Assembly (NCBI GenBank): GCA_043812955.1 | Contig: JBDRLN010000018.1 | Span: 13,849 to 77,848 of the forward strand | Source of the DNA: Candidatus Omnitrophota bacterium | GTDB taxonomy: Bacteria > Omnitrophota > Gorgyraeia > Gygaellales > Profunditerraquicolaceae | Direction: 5' to 3' | DNA length: 64,000 bases | Part shown: positions 59,001 through 62,000 of the stretch, piece after piece | Layout: every line of letters begins with the position of its first letter | How positions within the stretch are numbered: the stretch's first letter is position 1 | Translations under genes and position numbers: made by a program | Notes under the pieces: generated by a model | Databases searched by the model: none | Told to the model about the DNA's origin: nothing | Seen by the model: the letters and a program-made list of their open reading frames with translations, nothing else

Positions 59001-62000
59001 CCTCGGATTCATCTGTATATAACATAAGTATCCTGGTCATCGGATCCCTGATCAACTCTAATATATATTCCTGGCTTAAATCATACTTAAACAAATCCCA
59101 GATATCGGTATCACTAGAATACCTCCTTAAGTATAAAACTTTGTTCCGGCTATCGGCTATAACCATATCTATGCATTGAGATAGAAACTCAACCACGGGT
59201 CTATTCTTAACCTCAACAGGATAATCTAAATAGCTCATTCTTCTGTATCCGGAAAGGTCGACCAAATCTTTCGTTTTAATTATTACCGGAGAGCTGCCTT
59301 TGTAACCTTGCCACGCTGTCCCAGCTAAAGCGGACACGCTGTCCGAACCAAAGCGGACACTGTGTCTTAGAATCAGCGGCGAGGCAATAGCAGGTGCCTG
59401 AAAATTATACGCTATTGGGCTTGAGCCGGATCGAAATTTATTTTCAGCCCTGCGTCGCTTTGCACCATCAGGGGCCTTCCCGGTATTTTTTATAAATTGA
59501 CCCGGAGAAGGAAAGCCTTTATCATTTACATAATGAGATGAGAGATAGTTAATGCCGCCGTGCCCGGGAACAAAAATAAACTTTTTTCCGCTATTACGGA
59601 AGATATTTTCTTTAACCCAGTGTAAAATTAAACCTAACTCGTTGGTAAGCCTGAAAAAATCTCTTTCCGACAGTTTCAAAAAATCTTTCAACGCCCCGAA
59701 TTCTATTAAAATGGCATTATAGCCCAGGATTTTTGAAACTTCTTCTTTCCACTCGCGGACCGAGACTTTCTGATTTTTAAGCTCCACCACATAATTACGG
59801 CTATCCCGCGCGAAAAATACCTTTAAACCGGGATCAGTATTAAAATGGCCCTCTGCCACTAAACTGTCGCTACCATATTTATCTTTAATCAATAAAATCA
59901 GATTTTTAAAATAATCATTGCTCTTTAACCCACTGGGCGGCTCATAATATTTTTTCCCAAATATAATTGATAACCTTTTAAACAAATGATGCGCAACTAC
60001 TGCCTCAGGTATCTCGGATAACCCAGCAGCTTGAATATACTGTTTAGTTTCATCAATTAAACCGGGCAAAACGGAATCTTCTGAAACTGACGATTTAGCT
60101 TCGATCAGCGCCATATCCGCTGCGGGCTGATTATTTAAATTATTATCCTTACCATCTGTAAATCCCAGGTTAAATAAACCTATAGTTAAAATAACTGCCA
60201 GGTTAACAGGCCTAAAACTTGCCGGCGAGCTGGCTGTTTCTTTTAAAATTCCTCCTATAAATTCATCCTCAAAATACATATCTGTGTCAATTCTGTAAGG
60301 TAGGTTTTCTTTTTTTAGATGCTTTCTTAAACAAGCGGTGTCTGCGCTGCCGGAGAGAATAACTACTCTGGGCCTGAAAAATCTGGTTAAATCAGCTAAA
60401 TCATCATTCTTAATGCAATCTTCAGATGGCCCGACTAAACAAGGAATGCCAAAATGTTCCAAATTAGCTACTAAAATATCAACGCTATCATTAAATCCGC
60501 TTTTTTTCTTTAATTCGGAGAATAAACAACCCATATATTTAAAGCTGACTCTTTCTTGCGGCAAGGCGTTTACTTTAATAGACTCAAGGAGAATTCTCTT
60601 AGACTCTTCATGCCTATCCAAGGCGTATACTTTTTTAGCCCCTAATGATAAGGCTGCGAAAGTTATCACTCCGTCTCCGCAGCCGGCATCTACCACCACT
60701 TTATCTTTAATTTCAAGATGCTGCATCCCCAGCAGGCATCCCGCTGTCCAATGTTGAAAAGTCCTGTTATCATAAGCATAATCTTCTTTGCGCATATTTA
60801 ACATATCTACGCCAATGGCTATTAACCCCTGTTCGGTGAATTTCATCAAGTCGAATAAATGCAAATAATAATTATCAATAATAACTATTCGTCCCGAACG
60901 ATAAAAATAAGTTTCCATATTACTGGAATGAGGCCCAACATGAAGGTTCACTCTGTCTTTATGCCCGTTAAAATTTACGTATCCCGCGTAACGGATGTCT
61001 TCCTTAAAACCATAATCACCCAACTTATTCGCTAAATCTGCCTCGATCGCTAAGGCCTGTATTTCATCAGCCGGATTTAAAGATTGAGCAGAAGCAGCCG
61101 GCGAACTAGACCATTTTCCACCTACGGGGTGGCGCCCACCTACGGGGTGGAATAAGATATAATTCCTTTGCACCGGTGAACTAACCTTATCGCCCAATCT
61201 TCCGATCGGACTATAAACAACTTCCGAGGCTTTGGCTATTCTTAAGACCGCATTCACATCTCCTGCTATACGATAAGATTTTATCCCATATTTAATCCTG
61301 GTTTTTTTTACGGCCCAGGCAGCTGCTTCTAAAACCTGCCTTCTTCTTAAATTTACCTGCTCGATAGAAAGCCATTTTCCGGTTAGGGCCTGTTCAGTTT
61401 CAAAACTGGATACAATGACTCCGCCGGCATTACTCAAGGTATCAGGGATCACTATAATGCCTCTTTCGTATAATTTAAGCTCGGCATCACTGCTTGTCGG
61501 ACCATTAGCCAGCTCTACCACTATATCAGCCTTGACCAAATCCACGTTATCCCGCCTTAACTGATTTTCTAATGCCGCCAGGACTAAAATATCAACCTGC
61601 GCCCCGATTATCTCAGCAGACCTGCCAGACAAACCGATCCTCCAATCTTTAACATCGAATTTTCCTAACATCTGCGCGTTGACCCTCCCCTGCAGAAAAT
61701 AATTTACCAGAGCTTCTCCTTGCAGACGATTATTTGCCCACTCCACCATAGGCGTTAGGTCTTCCAGGCTAAAACCTTCCTTCTTATAAAGAACGGCTGT
61801 ATGGTCGCTGATATATTGGATAACCGCCCCTTTTTTGACTAAATCTAAAGCTGCATATGAAGCAACATTGCCAAAACCCTGTATAGCCACGGTCTTTAGC
61901 CTTAAACCATCGACTATAACCCGCATAACATCCACTCCGCCAAAACCTGTTGCCTCAGTCCTACCCCAGGAACCGCCTAAATCAATTGGCGTAACCGGCT

